From NCBI GenBank assembly GCA_026770705.1, contig JANJGN010000004.1, positions 171,864,001 through 171,928,000 on the forward strand: a stretch of 64,000 bases of DNA, read 5' to 3'. Source of the stretch: Isurus oxyrinchus. Taxonomy: Eukaryota. Numbering within the stretch: the stretch's first letter is position 1; every line of letters begins with the position of its first letter. Of this stretch, positions 38,458 through 51,826 are shown one piece after another. A model generated the notes under the pieces. The model was not told the origin of the DNA. It did not search any database and worked only from the letters and a program-made list of their open reading frames with translations. A program made the position numbers and the translations under genes.

Positions 38458-39419
38458 GGATATTACTGCCTTTGGCTGCTGCTGTTCTCTGAAGATCTGT
38501 TCTTGGGTAGACTGTCTAGTTTCTCTCTGGTTCTTGCAAATAATAGATTTGTTATCTGAAGGCAGTTTTGGTCACATGATAAGCTGCCATTGTCCACCCA
38601 GAATTGTTTGGAAGTCTGAAGCCATTCACAATGAGAGATAGATAGATGACTTGTGGTCAAATGGTTCATGCAGCTCTCTTTTGTTAAATTTCAAATTTCT
38701 AGACATGAAATCTGGAAGGCTATTAACTTTGAGTCTTGGGTAAACCATAAACAATAGCAGGCATAAATCCCACAGATGGGTTCCGTCTACCTGTGTCCAT
38801 CCAGCTGGTGGGGGGGGGGCGGGGGGGGAGGTGGTGGGGTGAGCCCACCCAAGGTTGTTCAGCTGGGAACTTTCCGGAGGCTTGAGATATTTCTGAGTCA
38901 ATGCAGAAATTGGAAAAGTCACCTGACCCTTGGCAGCCATCTTAGCCACCTTGTTAGTGTCCATTTTAAAATAATAGACAGTTCTAGAGAATTATATAAT
39001 GAATGCAGTCCATGTTTAAAGGTATAAATAAAGCATGCCTTCACTGGGCATGACAATTAGAAATTACCGGGTCTTGAGGGACCTTGTGTTGGATCAAGTG
39101 CATTACCTCTGATTTTGCTGTATGAACACTTCCTTAAGCTTTTTTACTTTTGGCCCTCTGATGTTCTGCCTGCTCCCTTCAGAAAGACAGTGGCAGGTCC
39201 CATCATGGCTGTGGTCCGCCTTTTGCACTCACACTCTGCAGGCAGCTCCCTCCTTTTGGAGACATTCAGTGCCACTAACTGGGCGCCTAGCTCACCTCCT
39301 GCTCAATTTTCAAAATTGCATTTCAAAATACCATCTTGTGAGAGACACAGTTGAGTCACAGAGTTGAGACTGTGAATTTATCAGGATGTCGGGTACCTCA
39401 CCTTGCTTTGAAAATCCAG

Positions 39420-39615
39420 CTCAGCGTCACTGGATAATGATAAAGACTCTGGTTGAGATTTCTTTCCCGTTCTAAGGCTAGGGGTGTCAAAGCCAATTGG
39501 ATCATCCATTCTGTCGACGTGACAGAAGTCATTCAACTCAATATACACCAAGATTAAAACCTGGAACCTTCCAGGTGTCCATTGCTCAATTCCATATTTG
39601 TCAACTGAACCTGAT
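39420..39615 (-). mobile_element. Possible ancient tRNA-derived SINE
   Basis: Degenerate tRNA-like head on the reverse strand; loosely similar stretches at about 14130-14330 and 44180-44290. Confidence 0.3.
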
Positions 39616-39846
39616 GGATTGATAGTATTAAGGGTTTTAAACTCAGGGGAAAGAGTCAATACAAGGTAACAAAGGAAGGGAAGGCAAAAAATAGCGTTAC
39701 TTCTTGCAGCCAATTTTACACAACAAAACCTGACACTAAATGTGTTCTTATGAGAACAGAGTTAAGAAGGATAAAAGTTCATTTAGTTGATTGAAGCTTA
39801 TCCTTTTAGTACGCTAACTCTTTCAGCTGCATTGCAAACATTCATA

Positions 39847-40572
39847 GGCCAGAATTTTACATCCCGCAGGTGGGCGCATTCCTGACCCATCCGGCTGCGA
39901 GATAGCGCAAGATGACTTCGGGGTGAGCATCCCGACGTCGTCGCGCAATTTCTCGCTCGACAGAAGCACGCGGCAGTCGGAAGCGCGGTCGCCGTCAATT
40001 CAACGGGCCATTAAGCCCACGAAACAGGCAATTGAAAACGATTTTTTTTGTGGCCTGTCCACTTTTACGGTTGGCGGATGGGCCAATTGTCCAGGCAGCC
40101 TTTAACACTTTTGCTCCAACCTTGATCCAGGGCGGGATGAAATCTCCGTGGGGAAATAAAATAAAAAGAGATATCTGGGGACTGCTTTGTTTTTTATGAG
40201 GTATGCTGCATGGACATATGTTGCAGCATTTTTGTTGTTTTGTTTATACAGTGGAGGTTTGCAGCTCACTGAGGCAGCTGCTTGCCATCGGGGAGCTCAC
40301 TGGAAGCGCTCACCAGCACCTGCTCGAACACTGGCACCCGCCTCTTCCCGCCCTCCCCCCACCTCACCCCCCCCCCCACCCCCCCACCCCCCACCCCACC
40401 ACCGGCAGTGCTGAGACTTTCTCAGCGTGCGTTTCACGCCGGCTGGCCGGCCGTTAATTGGCCAGCCGGCATGAAATCGTGGTTGGGGGCCGATCGTGGT
40501 CGGGGGCCTGTTTCCCATTCACTCCAGGGCCCCCACCGATCGCGCACGCCAGATGAGCGAAAAATTCAGGCC
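39847..40572. mobile_element. Harbinger-like MITE, complete
   Basis: TIRs GGCCAGAATTTT / AAAATTCAGGCC; TSD ATA; CpG-rich, so probably young. Confidence 0.85.
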
Positions 40573-41226
40573 ATAGCTGTTTTTGCCCACATTATCCAGC
40601 TTTCCAAATTTTTCCGAACATTTTATCAGTCTCTGAATAAAATACTGTTTCTCCATGTGGGTTTTAAATTAAATTTTTTACAAGGATTATAACAGCACCA
40701 AATTAAAACACAGTAAAACCACAGTTCACTGTTCCCAAAACTAGATCAATGGTAGCTTTATTCATATTCTTCAATTTGTGTAAAAATAGGATTTACAATC
40801 TGGGTTATAAGGGAAAATTTATTATATAGCTAACCACATCCACAAATTTTAATTACATGCAATTAGCATGACTTATCCTTAGGTTATGTGTAGTGACAAC
40901 ATTGCAACATTCCAGGTTTTCTACAGTATCACTTTGTGAATCAGTGTAAAGGAGTACAGAGCCGAGTTATTAACTAAAGCTCACTGGCAGTCATTTGTAA
41001 TTCTCAATCAATTTAAAGTTATTAATATAAGAGGAATAGGACATGGGACATCTGGTTGTCCAATCAAAGGAATAAGATAATATAAGCTATTAAGAAAAAG
41101 CTAGAGCTGCTAATAACCCCTAAAATATAATAAATCATGCAATCAATTTCCTTTGGGAAAATACATTACCAAGTTATGGAGTGGATTTTTAAACTGTTAC
41201 AGTACTTTCCACTAATAGGATGCTTT

Positions 41227-41615
41227 TTTAAAATTCATTCATGGGATGTGGGTATTGCTGGCTGGGTCAATAATTATTGCCCATCCCAAACTGCCCTTGA
41301 GAAGATGGTGGTGAGCTGCCTTCTTGAAGATACCACAACTTTGGAGCAGTGATAATGGGGTATTTCAATTATCTTAATGTAGATCTTAATGATCTAGTCC
41401 ATGTGGTGTAGGTACACTGACAGTGCTGTTAGAGAGAGAGTTCCAGGATTTTGACCTAGCGACAGTGAAGGAACAACAATAGATTTCAAAGTCAGGATGG
41501 TGAGTGGCTTGGAGGGGAACTTCCAGGTGGTGGTGCTCCCATGTGTCTGCTGCCCTTGTACATCTAGATGGTGGTGGTCATGTGTTTGGAAGGTGCTGTC
41601 TTAGGAGACTTGTTG
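41227..41615 (-). mobile_element. Family B LINE 3' end
   Basis: TTCATTCATGGGATGTGGG tail plus reverse C-terminal region. Confidence 0.8.
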
Positions 41616-42675
41616 AATTCCTGCCATCAATCCAAGAAGACATTCTGCCTACCACACAACTGAGCAATGGCATGTATGAAATACAATGCCAGTGTGATGC
41701 CAAGTACATAGGTTGTATGTCCCAGCAACTGATCAAATCAAACAGCATGTTCCTTCAGTTCTTTGTAGCAGGCAGAATACAGACTGTGCTCAACCAGCCC
41801 ACGCTTGCAAAACCCAAAACAAAATATCTACTGTTAGTTGGGATTCCACGTTTGTGCAGCACTTGTTGAACAATCCTAAATGCACTAAAAGCTACACCAA
41901 AAACCAGTTTAAGATGATCACTCGAGCTTGTAACGTGGCCCATTTTTGCAACATACATTCATACACAAGAATCAATTCTCTATAACGAAAGGAATAGGTT
42001 CAAACCTTGCGCCATTTTTGAATTACCCAGAAACTTAAGGACCCTATAATTCCCGTTGCTTTCTCCATGGCAACACCTTGGCTAATCAGAGTCCACTTGC
42101 CAACCAATCAGCACCCCTTCCTCCTTTAGTATAATTTTTTTTTATTCGTTCATGGGATGTGGGCATCGCTGGCTGGGTCAGCATTTATTGCCCATCTCTA
42201 ATTGCTGTTGAGAACTGAGTGGCTTGCTTGGCCATTCTGGAGGGCATTTTTAAGAGTCAACCAAATTGCTGTGGGTCTGGAGTCACATGGAGGCTAGGCC
42301 AGGTAAGGATGGCAGATTTCCTTCCCTTAAGAACATTAGTAAACCAGATAGGTTTTTCCAAAGTGGTTTCATGGTCATCATTAGACCTTTAATCCCAGAT
42401 TTTCTATTGAATTCAAATTCACCATCTGCTGTGGTGGGGTTCGAACCCAGAGCCTTACCCTGGGTATCTGGAGTAACAGTCCAGTGATAATACCAATACG
42501 CTACTGCACTTGTCCTTCTAGACGGTAGTGGTCGTGGGTTTGGAAGGTGCTGTCTAAGGAGGCTTGCTGAGGCTTGGTAAACTGTTGTGATCGTTTGAAA
42601 TTTGGCATTCTTGTGTTTGTCCTATGAGTGCAAGACAAAAAGCTTTTGCAACATGTCTTTCTTTTCAGTAATATA
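41616..42675 (+). mobile_element. Penelope-like element 3' part: GIY-YIG endonuclease remnant and terminal repeat (interrupted at 42136-42576)
   Basis: LPTTQLSNGMYEIQCQCDAKYIGC.SQ.L..IKQHVPS...QHLLNNPKC...QFKMI fits a PLE GIY-YIG domain; degenerate hammerhead at 42617-42652. Confidence 0.85.
42136..42503 (-). mobile_element. tRNA-derived SINE with family B tail
   Basis: Reverse B box (plus strand GGGGTTCGAACCC), body and tail. Confidence 0.85.
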
Positions 42676-44389
42676 CAAATTTGCAATTTGTTCCTTTTGA
42701 GGACAGTGCTCTTTTAACCACAGAAGGGAAAGAAACAAGTGTCTGCAGGTCACATGGTCATGACAAGAGTGGCAAGATGTTAATAAAGTGGAGATAAAAA
42801 TCAATAAACAAGTTGTGGTGGTAGCCATCAATAGAATATGAACAGACATAAAAAGGATACTCCAGAGAAGACTGAGGAAAATTGTTTTTCTAAGGCTTCT
42901 CTTCGGAACTATAATGCATTAAGAAAAAAGTGAATTGGAAACTTAACTTTGTACATCAGTTTTTTTCCAAGAATAACAGCACATTCATTGTCCACGGCTG
43001 TGAGTCTGTCTGTGCCTGATTTCATCAGCTCAACATTTGCCTCCGTTACAAGAGTAACTACGCTTCACGAGTACTTAACTGGCTGAGCAATACAGATGCA
43101 AATTCTTCCTTTTCCTTCTATGGTGTTATGAAATGGTGCATTGTACAGTTAGAATTACGGTGCATTGTAAAACATCAAGTGACAATGACAGTCATTATCA
43201 TAGCAGACTTCTCTCACCAGTCAGTGACCCTTTTCAAGTTCGTAAGGCCAAAATTAGGTGGCAATTCTGACAGTGTCCTACAGCAAATTTAGTCCAAAAT
43301 TGAAAAATGGTGGAAAGAAACAGCCATTTTCTGGCATTTCCATCATGCCTTATAACAGATGCAAGTTCCATAGGTCTCTTCTTGGCAAATATTATGGGGA
43401 TGTGGAGCCAGGGGCATGTATTCCCTACACCACAACTTCCCATGCCAGTGGCTCACTTAGAATACAGCATCTCTGTGCAAGCTTGTATATCTGGTGAAGT
43501 GATCCATCCAACTGGATGGGAGTGGGCTACTCTAGTGGAGTCCAGGTCAGAGAGTGTCCTGGGCCCCTGGAGAAAACTTAATTTATGAAAATAAAACTAT
43601 TACCAATCATTCCCCATACACAAGAGACTGAGGAGAACATTTGTAGGGTTGAGGGATATTGGACAATGCAGAACAGTCTGGGAAACTCTGCACCCCAATG
43701 TCAGGCAAATACAAGTTCTGGCTACAAGAGGCAGCTGGGTGTGGGAGATGCTACAATGATGATGTTTGCATCACTTGCTCCATGTAAATGAAGTGCCTTC
43801 CCACTGACCCTGCTGTGGTCAGCAGTGGAGGGCACTGATGGATGCAATCCTGGTATAAATGCCATGCTGACATCCAGAGGAATTTTGAAACCTTTGTCAT
43901 ACTGCATATTTAATAGAATGAAACATTGCCAAGGTAAATTTTATTCTGCCTCCTTATAGCCAGCTGTTCACCTGTTCTCCTTCTCTGAAGTCAATGAATT
44001 CTGACAGTGTTCTGTTTCTATGGATGCCACCGACCCTCTGGTCCTTTTGATCCATAAACAAATTAATCAACTTTGGGGGGCATCACTGTCGTCATCCTGG
44101 CCTTGTACGGCATCTGGTATATTCTCTTCAAAGTGGCCTTCCCCTTCTCAGGGGCTCCGAGACCAAATATACTGATCTTAACATCAGCTTGACTGAAATA
44201 AGCTGACCAAGCACAAACTGGAAATTGACCCTTACACCATTACGGTTTATGTGGCTCCATTACGCCTTGCCTGAATCAGCTGAACCATCCTAAGGTCTAA
44301 GAGACAAGTTTCTATTTCATGTTCCGCCCCCCCCCTCCCCCCACAACACCCTGTATCTTATAATTCATAAGTTACACAAATATGAATTA

Positions 44390-45085
44390 TGAACGTTAAC
44401 AAGATCCTACCTTCAAGTATTTATAATGACAAATAACACAAGGAAAAGGTTCTGGATTTTGACATTTAGTTATGGGAAGAAAGGTTAGCTGACATCCGCT
44501 TAATAGAAACAAGGTTAAAGCTCAAGGATAAACAGGCAGTCCACATATAAGGGTGTAAAATATTTAGATGAGAAAAGAAAAGCAAACTTCACAGGATGTG
44601 ATATATGAGAGGTAAGCAAAGCAGTGGAGTTGAAACTAAATTCATGGAGAAAATCACAATCAGTAATGAGTAACAATAAATAAAGCACAGCATATGATGA
44701 TTCATAAATTACATGGCCCAGATGTAAGACATGTGAGAGTTGTTAAAAAAACATGTAAGACAAGCTGGGGTTAAACTCTTTTAAAGCTCAGTTGAACACA
44801 AGTGTAGTGCCAGGAGAAAGATAGTGTGGTCCCAATATTCAAAACAATTGTTCATGATCTGTGGTTGTGCAGAGTGATCAGCTTTGACATAGAACAGCAA
44901 AATACTGGTGTCTACTCAAAAGGAAGAAGTTAAAGTGCACCAAACAGAGTAAAGGGGCCATAAAAGTAGCGAAGGGACAATTAAAGGAGCAAGAGTTCAT
45001 AGTGGACTGGTACCATATGAGAGTTTGGAGAGGAACATGGCTATAAAAACGGCGAGAGTTCAGAGAGCAGCTGAATACTGATGAC
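44390..45085 (+). mobile_element. Very old CR1 APE-region remnant
   Basis: Patchy similarity to 1190-1480. Confidence 0.35.
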
Positions 45086-46605
45086 CACAAGACATATGAG
45101 CAGAAGTCGGCCATTCAGCCCATCAAGTCTACTCTGCCATTCAATGAAATCTGATCACTCTCAGCTCCACTTTCCTGCCTTTTCCCCATAACCCTTGATT
45201 CACTTACTAATTAAAAATCTGTCCATCTCAGCCTAGAATATACTTAACAACTCAACCTCTACAGCCCTCTGTGATAAAGAATTCCACAGATTCACTACCC
45301 TCTGAGAGAAGAAATTCTTCCTCATCTCTGTCTTAAATGGGTGACCCCTTACTCTGAGGTTATGCCCTCTGGTCCTAGATTCTTCCCAGGAAATAACCTC
45401 ACAGCATCTACCCTGTCAAGCCCCCTAAGAATCTTATATGCTTCAATGAGGCCGCCTCTTATTCTTCTAAACTCCAATGAGTACAGGCCCAACCTACTCA
45501 ACCACTCCTCATAAGAAAATCCCTCCAAACCCGGGATCAACTTAATGAACCTTCTTTGGACTGCCTCCAATACCAATATATCTTTCCTTAGACAAGGGAA
45601 CCAAAACTGTTCATAGTATTCTAGATGTGGTCTAACTAGTGCCTTGTATAGTTTTAGAAAGACTTCCCTATTTTTAAACTCTATCCCTTTGAAATAAAGG
45701 CCAACATTCCATTTCGCTTCCCTATTATCCGCTGAAATTGTATGTTAGCTTTTTGGGATTCATGCATGAAAACTCCTAAATCCCTCTGTGCTGTCTTTCT
45801 CCATGTAAATAATATTCAGCTCCTCTATTCATAAGATCACAAGAATGTAAGAAATAGGAGCAGCATTAGGCCATTCGGCCCCTCGAGCCTGCCCTGCCAT
45901 TCACTAAGATCATAGCTGATCTGCTGCAGGTCTCAACTCCTCTTTCATGCCTGCTCCTCATAGCCCTCAACTCCCCAGTATTTTAAAAATCTATCTACCT
46001 CCTCTTAAAATACTTTCAGTATTTCTTCCTTCCAAAATGCACGACCTCACATTTTTTCACATTATATTCCATCTGACAATTTTTTACCCATTCACTTAAC
46101 CTGTCTATCCCTCTGTAGACTTTTTGTCTCATCCTCACCACTTGCCTTCCCACCTATTTTTGTGTCATCTGCAAACTTGGTGATAGTGCATTCGCTTCCC
46201 TCATCTAAGTCATTAATATATTTTGTAAATAATTGTGGCCCCAGCATCTGGAGCCCTGTGACGCTTTATTAGTTACAGGTTGCCATCATCAAAATGCCCC
46301 CCTTATTCCAACCTTCTGTCTTCTACTTGTTAGCCAATCCTCTATCCATGCTGATATGTTACCCCCAACACCCTGGGCTCTTATCTTATTAAGTAGCCTT
46401 ATGTGCGGTATCTGATCTAACACCTTTTGGAAATCCAAATATATTACATTTACTGGTTCCCCTTTACCTAATCTTGCTTGTTACCTCCTCAAAGAATTCT
46501 ATTAAATTTGTCAGGCATGATTTCCCCTTCAGAAAGCCACGCTGATTCTACTTGATTATATTAAGCATTTTTAAATGCTCTGCTATTACATCCTTTGCAA
46601 TAGAC
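45085..46605 (-). mobile_element. CR1 RT to 3' end, with a nested CR1 3' UTR at 45832-46020
   Basis: Reverse KFADDTK at about 46160-46180; ORF 45349..45576 ([19 protein letters not shown]). Confidence 0.85.
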
Positions 46606-46709
46606 TCAAACATTAGATGAGAGTGTTGCTTCATCTGGGGAATGCAACCAGAGCCAGGTCCATGGCACCATGGATAGCTCAGCTGTACAGGGAGGTACAA
46701 GGAAGACTA

Positions 46710-47365
46710 ACAGTTGTTCCAGTACAGCTACAACACTGACATCTACCTGGCTATGTGGAAAATTACCCAGGTATGTACCGTACATAAAAAGTAGGACAAA
46801 TCCAACACTGCCAGTTACCTCCCCATCAGTCTCCTCTTGATCATCAGTAACATAATGGAAAGGGTCATCAACAGTGCTATCAAGGGGCACTTGCTTAGCA
46901 ATAAGCTGCTCACCAACACCTAGTTTGGGTTCCACCAGGGTCCCTCAGCTCCTGACCTCATTATATCCTTAGTTCAAAAATGGACAGAAGAGCTGAACTC
47001 CTGAGGTGAGGTGACAGTGACTGCTCTTAATATCGAGGCCACATTTGACCAAGTGTGGCATCAAGGAGCCCTAGCAAAACTGGAATCAATGGGAATCGGG
47101 CAAAAACTCTCCACTGGTTGGAGTGATACCTAGCACAAAGGAAGATGGTTGTGTTTTTTGAAGGCCAATCATCTCAGCTCCAGGACATCACTTCAGGAGT
47201 TCGTCAGGGTAGTGTGCTCAGCCCAACCATCTTTGCCTTTCATCAACAACCTTCCCTCCACCATAAGGTCAGTAGTGGAGATGTTCGCTGATGATTGCAC
47301 AATGTTCAGCACCATTAACGACTCCTCGGATACTGAAGCAGTCCATGTCCAAATGCAACAAAACA
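46710..47365 (+). mobile_element. Family B LINE RT fragment
   Basis: FINNLPSTIRS..EMFADDCTMF. Confidence 0.85.
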
Positions 47366-47882
47366 TGATCTGATTTTAACCTCACATACCTGCCTACCTT
47401 ATAACCTTTCACCCCCTTGCTTATCAAGGATCTATCTACTTCTGCCTAAAAGATATTCAAGAACTCTGCATCAACCACCTTTTGAAGAAGAGCATTCCAA
47501 AGTGTCACAACCCTCTAAGTGAAATTTCTTTTCCTCATCTCTGTCCTAAATGTGTGACCCCTAATTTTGAAAAAGTGACCGAGTTCTAGATTCTCACACA
47601 AGATGAAACATCCTTTTCACACTCACCCTGTCAAATCCCCTCAGGAACTTACATGTTTCAATCAAATTGCATCTTGCTGTTCTAAACCCCAGCAGATACG
47701 AGTCTAGCCTGTGCAGTCTTTCCTCAGCAGACAACCCGGCCATTCATGGTATCAATCTAGTAAACCTTCTCTGACCTACTTCTAATACATTTACATATTT
47801 CCTTAAATATGGAGGCCAATACTGTACACAATAATTCTGATGCGGTATCACCAATGCCCTGTATAACTGAAGCATAACCTCC
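47365..47882 (-). mobile_element. CR1 3' fragment
   Basis: KEVMLQLYRALVIPH..YCVQYWPP..VGQRRFTRLIP. Confidence 0.8.
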
Positions 47883-47885
47883 TTA

Positions 47886-48075
47886 GGCTGGGATTTTCCA
47901 TGCCCGCCAGTGTCGGGCGTGTTCAATGGCGTGTGTGGACAATATGGTGAGAGGGCCAAACATTGGTTTCACAACTTTGTGAAACCAGTTTGCGATCACC
48001 TGCTCCGCCTGCCAGCGCGGGCCATGCTCCTCACCATCAGATGTTGGGAACCTCATCGTAACATATCAGCATATC
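47886..48075. mobile_element. Terminal fragment of the Myb-bearing Harbinger family
   Basis: TTA followed by GGCTGGGATTTTCCATGCCC; matches 57048-57225. Confidence 0.75.
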
Positions 48076-48111
48076 TCTCTATTTCCTTTTACCTAGGAGG
48101 TTAAAAGCTAA

Positions 48112-49455
48112 GGCCTGAATTTTTGATCCTGGATCGGGAGCACAGGGTTAGGACAATTCACGGCTCTGAAAACCTGACCAGGGAAAAAGTGTCCCAGAAG
48201 TTCAGATTCTCCATTAGGAGGGAGCAGGTGGAAATGGGAGTCATGGCAAGCAACCCTGGAAAATGTTCAGAGTCTGCTGGGTGCAAGAGACCGCCAGCCC
48301 TCACCCCTCACACCCTCCCCATGCCCCATCCACGCACCCTGCCCAACCCCCCCCCCCCCCACCCCCCCCCCACACCCACCTCCCCATGGCCCCCATATTC
48401 TCCATGCCAACCTATACTGCTCTACACATCTATTGCCATGTATAGCTCCTGTGTCAACTTACATCCCTCTACCCATCCACCATGGCTTTATGCCAACTTA
48501 GTTCCAACTCATTCTAATCCATGCCCCCACCCACCACCCCTTGCCCTTATACCTACAATGCCAACTCACACAGTATCCACCATGGGACGACCTCAGGAGC
48601 TATGTTGAGATTAAATAAAATGCTTAAGAGTCTACTGATTAATTAAAAAACTTTGGTTGATTAAAAACCCATTCATTACATTTAACTTCCTTTCATCCCT
48701 TATAAAAACAAGCATTGTATTCATAGTTCCACTTCAAAGTGTTTATAACTACTTGGCGCTGTCAATCAAACTGTGAACCGGCAGGCATCCCACTGTGGTA
48801 ACGAAAGGTTATGAAATCAGTAATGGAGCACTAATCCTAAAATGATAACCCACAGGCTTATGTCAGCTGATGGTGTGAAATAGCAAGAACTATTTTTTTT
48901 AATAGTACTAGAAGTTTTTTTTTCAAATATTTCAAGGACAGGAGATTTAAAAAAGCCTTGAAAGCTTGACATTTCTCTTGACAGCTCTCATCAGAGCTCT
49001 CTTGACAGTTCTCTGGACAGTTCCAATGAGTTTAAGCACTTCTAAATCACAATCATGTCTACCTTTAACAATGCTTAAAGGGAATTTCACCTCTACCAAA
49101 GGGCACCCTACCTCTCCTAAAGGTGTCTCTTGACCATATCCAAAAAGGTACTCCACCTCTTCAAAAGGGTACTCAACCTGTCCAAATAACTCTGCTAATG
49201 TTAGACTTTCTCTTAACAGGTCTAAAGTGCATGGCACGTTTCACACATTCCATTAGCCACAATCAGATCAACATGAAGGCAACTTCACATATCCTCTATG
49301 AAACACAAATGTGTAAAGTTCAACCCACCCCCGTTTCACCCCACCCCCTGTGAAAATGGTGGGGCCAGTTCTGGAGGCAGATCTTCTGGATCCAGGCCTC
49401 CGCAACGATTTTCGTGAAGACAGAGAGTCTCTCTGTCTGCACAAAAAATCAGGCT
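48112..49455. mobile_element. PIF/Harbinger non-autonomous element
   Basis: TIRs GGCCTGAATTTT / AAAAATCAGGCT with the canonical TAA TSD. Confidence 0.8.
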
Positions 49456-49842
49456 TAAGTGTTTAAATCTGCACTTTGGTTATTAGAGGGCTCGGCAGAG
49501 CAGATATTGGGTGCCTCTGCTATTCAATGGTTCTCTTCTGTACAGATGGATTTTGGAGAACTAATGCCATCAGAAAAATTCCTATATTCATGGAGCTCGA
49601 GAGCTGTGTGGATTTCCAATTTCGATTTAGAGTGGCAGGAGGAAAAAAAACGGCAAATATTATGAGTGTTCATGGAGACTATCAGTCTCCATGTAGGTGT
49701 TGTTTTCCTGCGAACATAGTTCTAATGCCATGAGACAAATTGATTGAAGAACAATTGTAGGAAATAACTGACTTTATTATTTATGTGGAAACATTACAAT
49801 TAATTATTTGGTCTTGTAAATCTCTGGACTTTGTTGTACTAT

Positions 49843-49980
49843 CTGTTCTGTTGAAGGGTCATGAGGACTCGAAACGTCAACTTTGTTCTTCTCTGCTGAT
49901 GCTGCCAGACCTACTGAGCTTTTCCAGGTATTTCTGTTTTTGTTTTGGATTTCAAGCAACCGCAGTTTTTTGTTTTTATT
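49843..49980 (+). mobile_element. Penelope-like arm with minimal hammerhead motif
   Basis: GTT-CTGTTGA-A-GGGTC-ATGAG-GACTC-GAAA-CGTC-AAC; stems I and II pair. Confidence 0.7.
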
Positions 49981-50822
49981 TTTTTGTTTTTATCTATATT
50001 AAATCTTTTAGGTAGATTAATTGTTAGTGGTGGCATATTGCACCTAGGTAGGTTATAGAAAAAGTGAAGTTTTCAAATTACAAGGGAAGGTCTGCCTCAC
50101 AGTAATTGTTGTTAGACTTTTCAGATAGACGATGCTATTTTTGGTTGTTTTTGCAAACTGTTAGTTTGATGTTTCAGTGGAATCAGCACTGGTTCATTAT
50201 CAGAGGCCATTCTAACTGCGCCCTGATTCCAATACATGCAAATCCACAAACACTTATCTGCGGGATTTAACACAATTTTTCACACTTTGCTTTGCTTCTG
50301 CCACTGTTAGTATCATGGGCTTTTGGTGCAGCTGAGCACTTGACCTCATTATTCAGTCTGGCATCACTTGAATCAAACTGACCAGATTGATTTGGGCACA
50401 GAGACCTAAATCCCAAACCATTCCTAATTTTTTCAATTTTTAATTTTTAAATATTGCATGAAGTATTTGAATGAGAGTTTAATTAAAAGTTAATTTGTGG
50501 AAAACGGTTCTTGAGATGAACAGAAGTCATATCTGAGGCAACAAATTATTTAAAAAGCAATTGTTTAACTTAGTCCATTTCCTGATTCTTTCCTGTTATC
50601 GTTGATGTGACAGCTTGTTACAGATGTCATGAACATGCTCAAGTGCCACCTATTACATATTTGAGGCAAAATAAAATAGAAAAAAATGATCTGCAGATGA
50701 CAAGTAGCTGGAAATAAAGTCAAATGCTCATCAGGATTAATAGATCTACAAAAAACCTCAACAGGAAACCCTTAAAAATAAAAGAAAATAATGGATTGTT
50801 TGTTTAATGTTAAGAATAATGA

Positions 50823-51130
50823 TCTCTCTCTCTCTCTTCATGTACCATGCCTTAAGAGGGCATTGGCGACCATGCAGCTCCATGTTAACTTTGCTCGAGA
50901 GGTGTGGATTGTCTTTGTTGGTGGTGCATTCATCCTGTTTGTGAGGCTGTTTAAAAAAATCATTCTTTGTCAACCTCTCTTTCAGTATCAATCATTCCCA
51001 TCAGCATCAAATCATGATTTCTTATTATTTGCCCAAGAAATTCCAACTGTGTCTTCTGATCTTGGTCAAAAGTGTTCTTTTGGTCTCCAATTTTACTAGC
51101 ATCTCTTCGTTGGTAGTGTGGCTTGTTCAA
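50823..51130 (-). mobile_element. RTE-clade LINE 3' end
   Basis: KTQLEFLGQIIR, RGxQRMIFLNSL, WSCMVANALLRHGT* followed by a (GA)n tail. Confidence 0.7.
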
Positions 51131-51609
51131 GACAATAACAATATCTATATAAATGATACATATGCCCTTATTGGCAATAAGAAATACATATTCAAGCACA
51201 ATTATCAAAAAAGGGAGTGTACTGGGATGAAATTCCCAGCTGGATTGTGCGCTGGAATTGTGGTCCTGATGGCAGTGGGACTACGGGTGTGATTTTACCA
51301 GAGGTGGTCAATTAAGAGGCTGCTGCCAGGGCTGCCAAAGGGTCATAATCAACCCGAGATATTAAATGAGTACTTCAGCATTTTGTGTTGACTAATTCAG
51401 TTTTTTTACTTTATTATCACTGCTCTCAGTTACCAAGTTCTGTTTTTTTATCCCAGCCAAAATTATCTAAGCCTTGATCTTTACCCCCTGCAGGCAGGAG
51501 CCAGAGTGGGCAGCACTCTATCTGTAGTATGAGGCCTAGGATATTTTATTGCTTAAGCCCCATCTGCACACTTTCTGTCAGCCTCCCGCCTGAGTCTGGC
51601 AAGAAGCTC

Positions 51610-51826
51610 TGTTGATGGTATGTTAATTTTATTGTTAATATACATAGGTAAAGGGCATTGTTTAATTAAGTACCTAGGCCATTTATAATGAGAGACTGCT
51701 GGGACACAGGGTAGCAGATAGGAAGCAGACATATGTAATGCTGCATTCTGTAAATAAATCTATTATGAAAAAAAGTATTAGTGTCTAGTTTCATACTTCA
51801 GCAACCTGTTTGGGATCAATTTAACA
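51610..51826 (+). mobile_element. Short solo LTR
   Basis: TGTTGA...TTAACA termini, TATA-like TTTATAA, AATAAA, flanks AGCTC / AGCTT. Confidence 0.55.
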
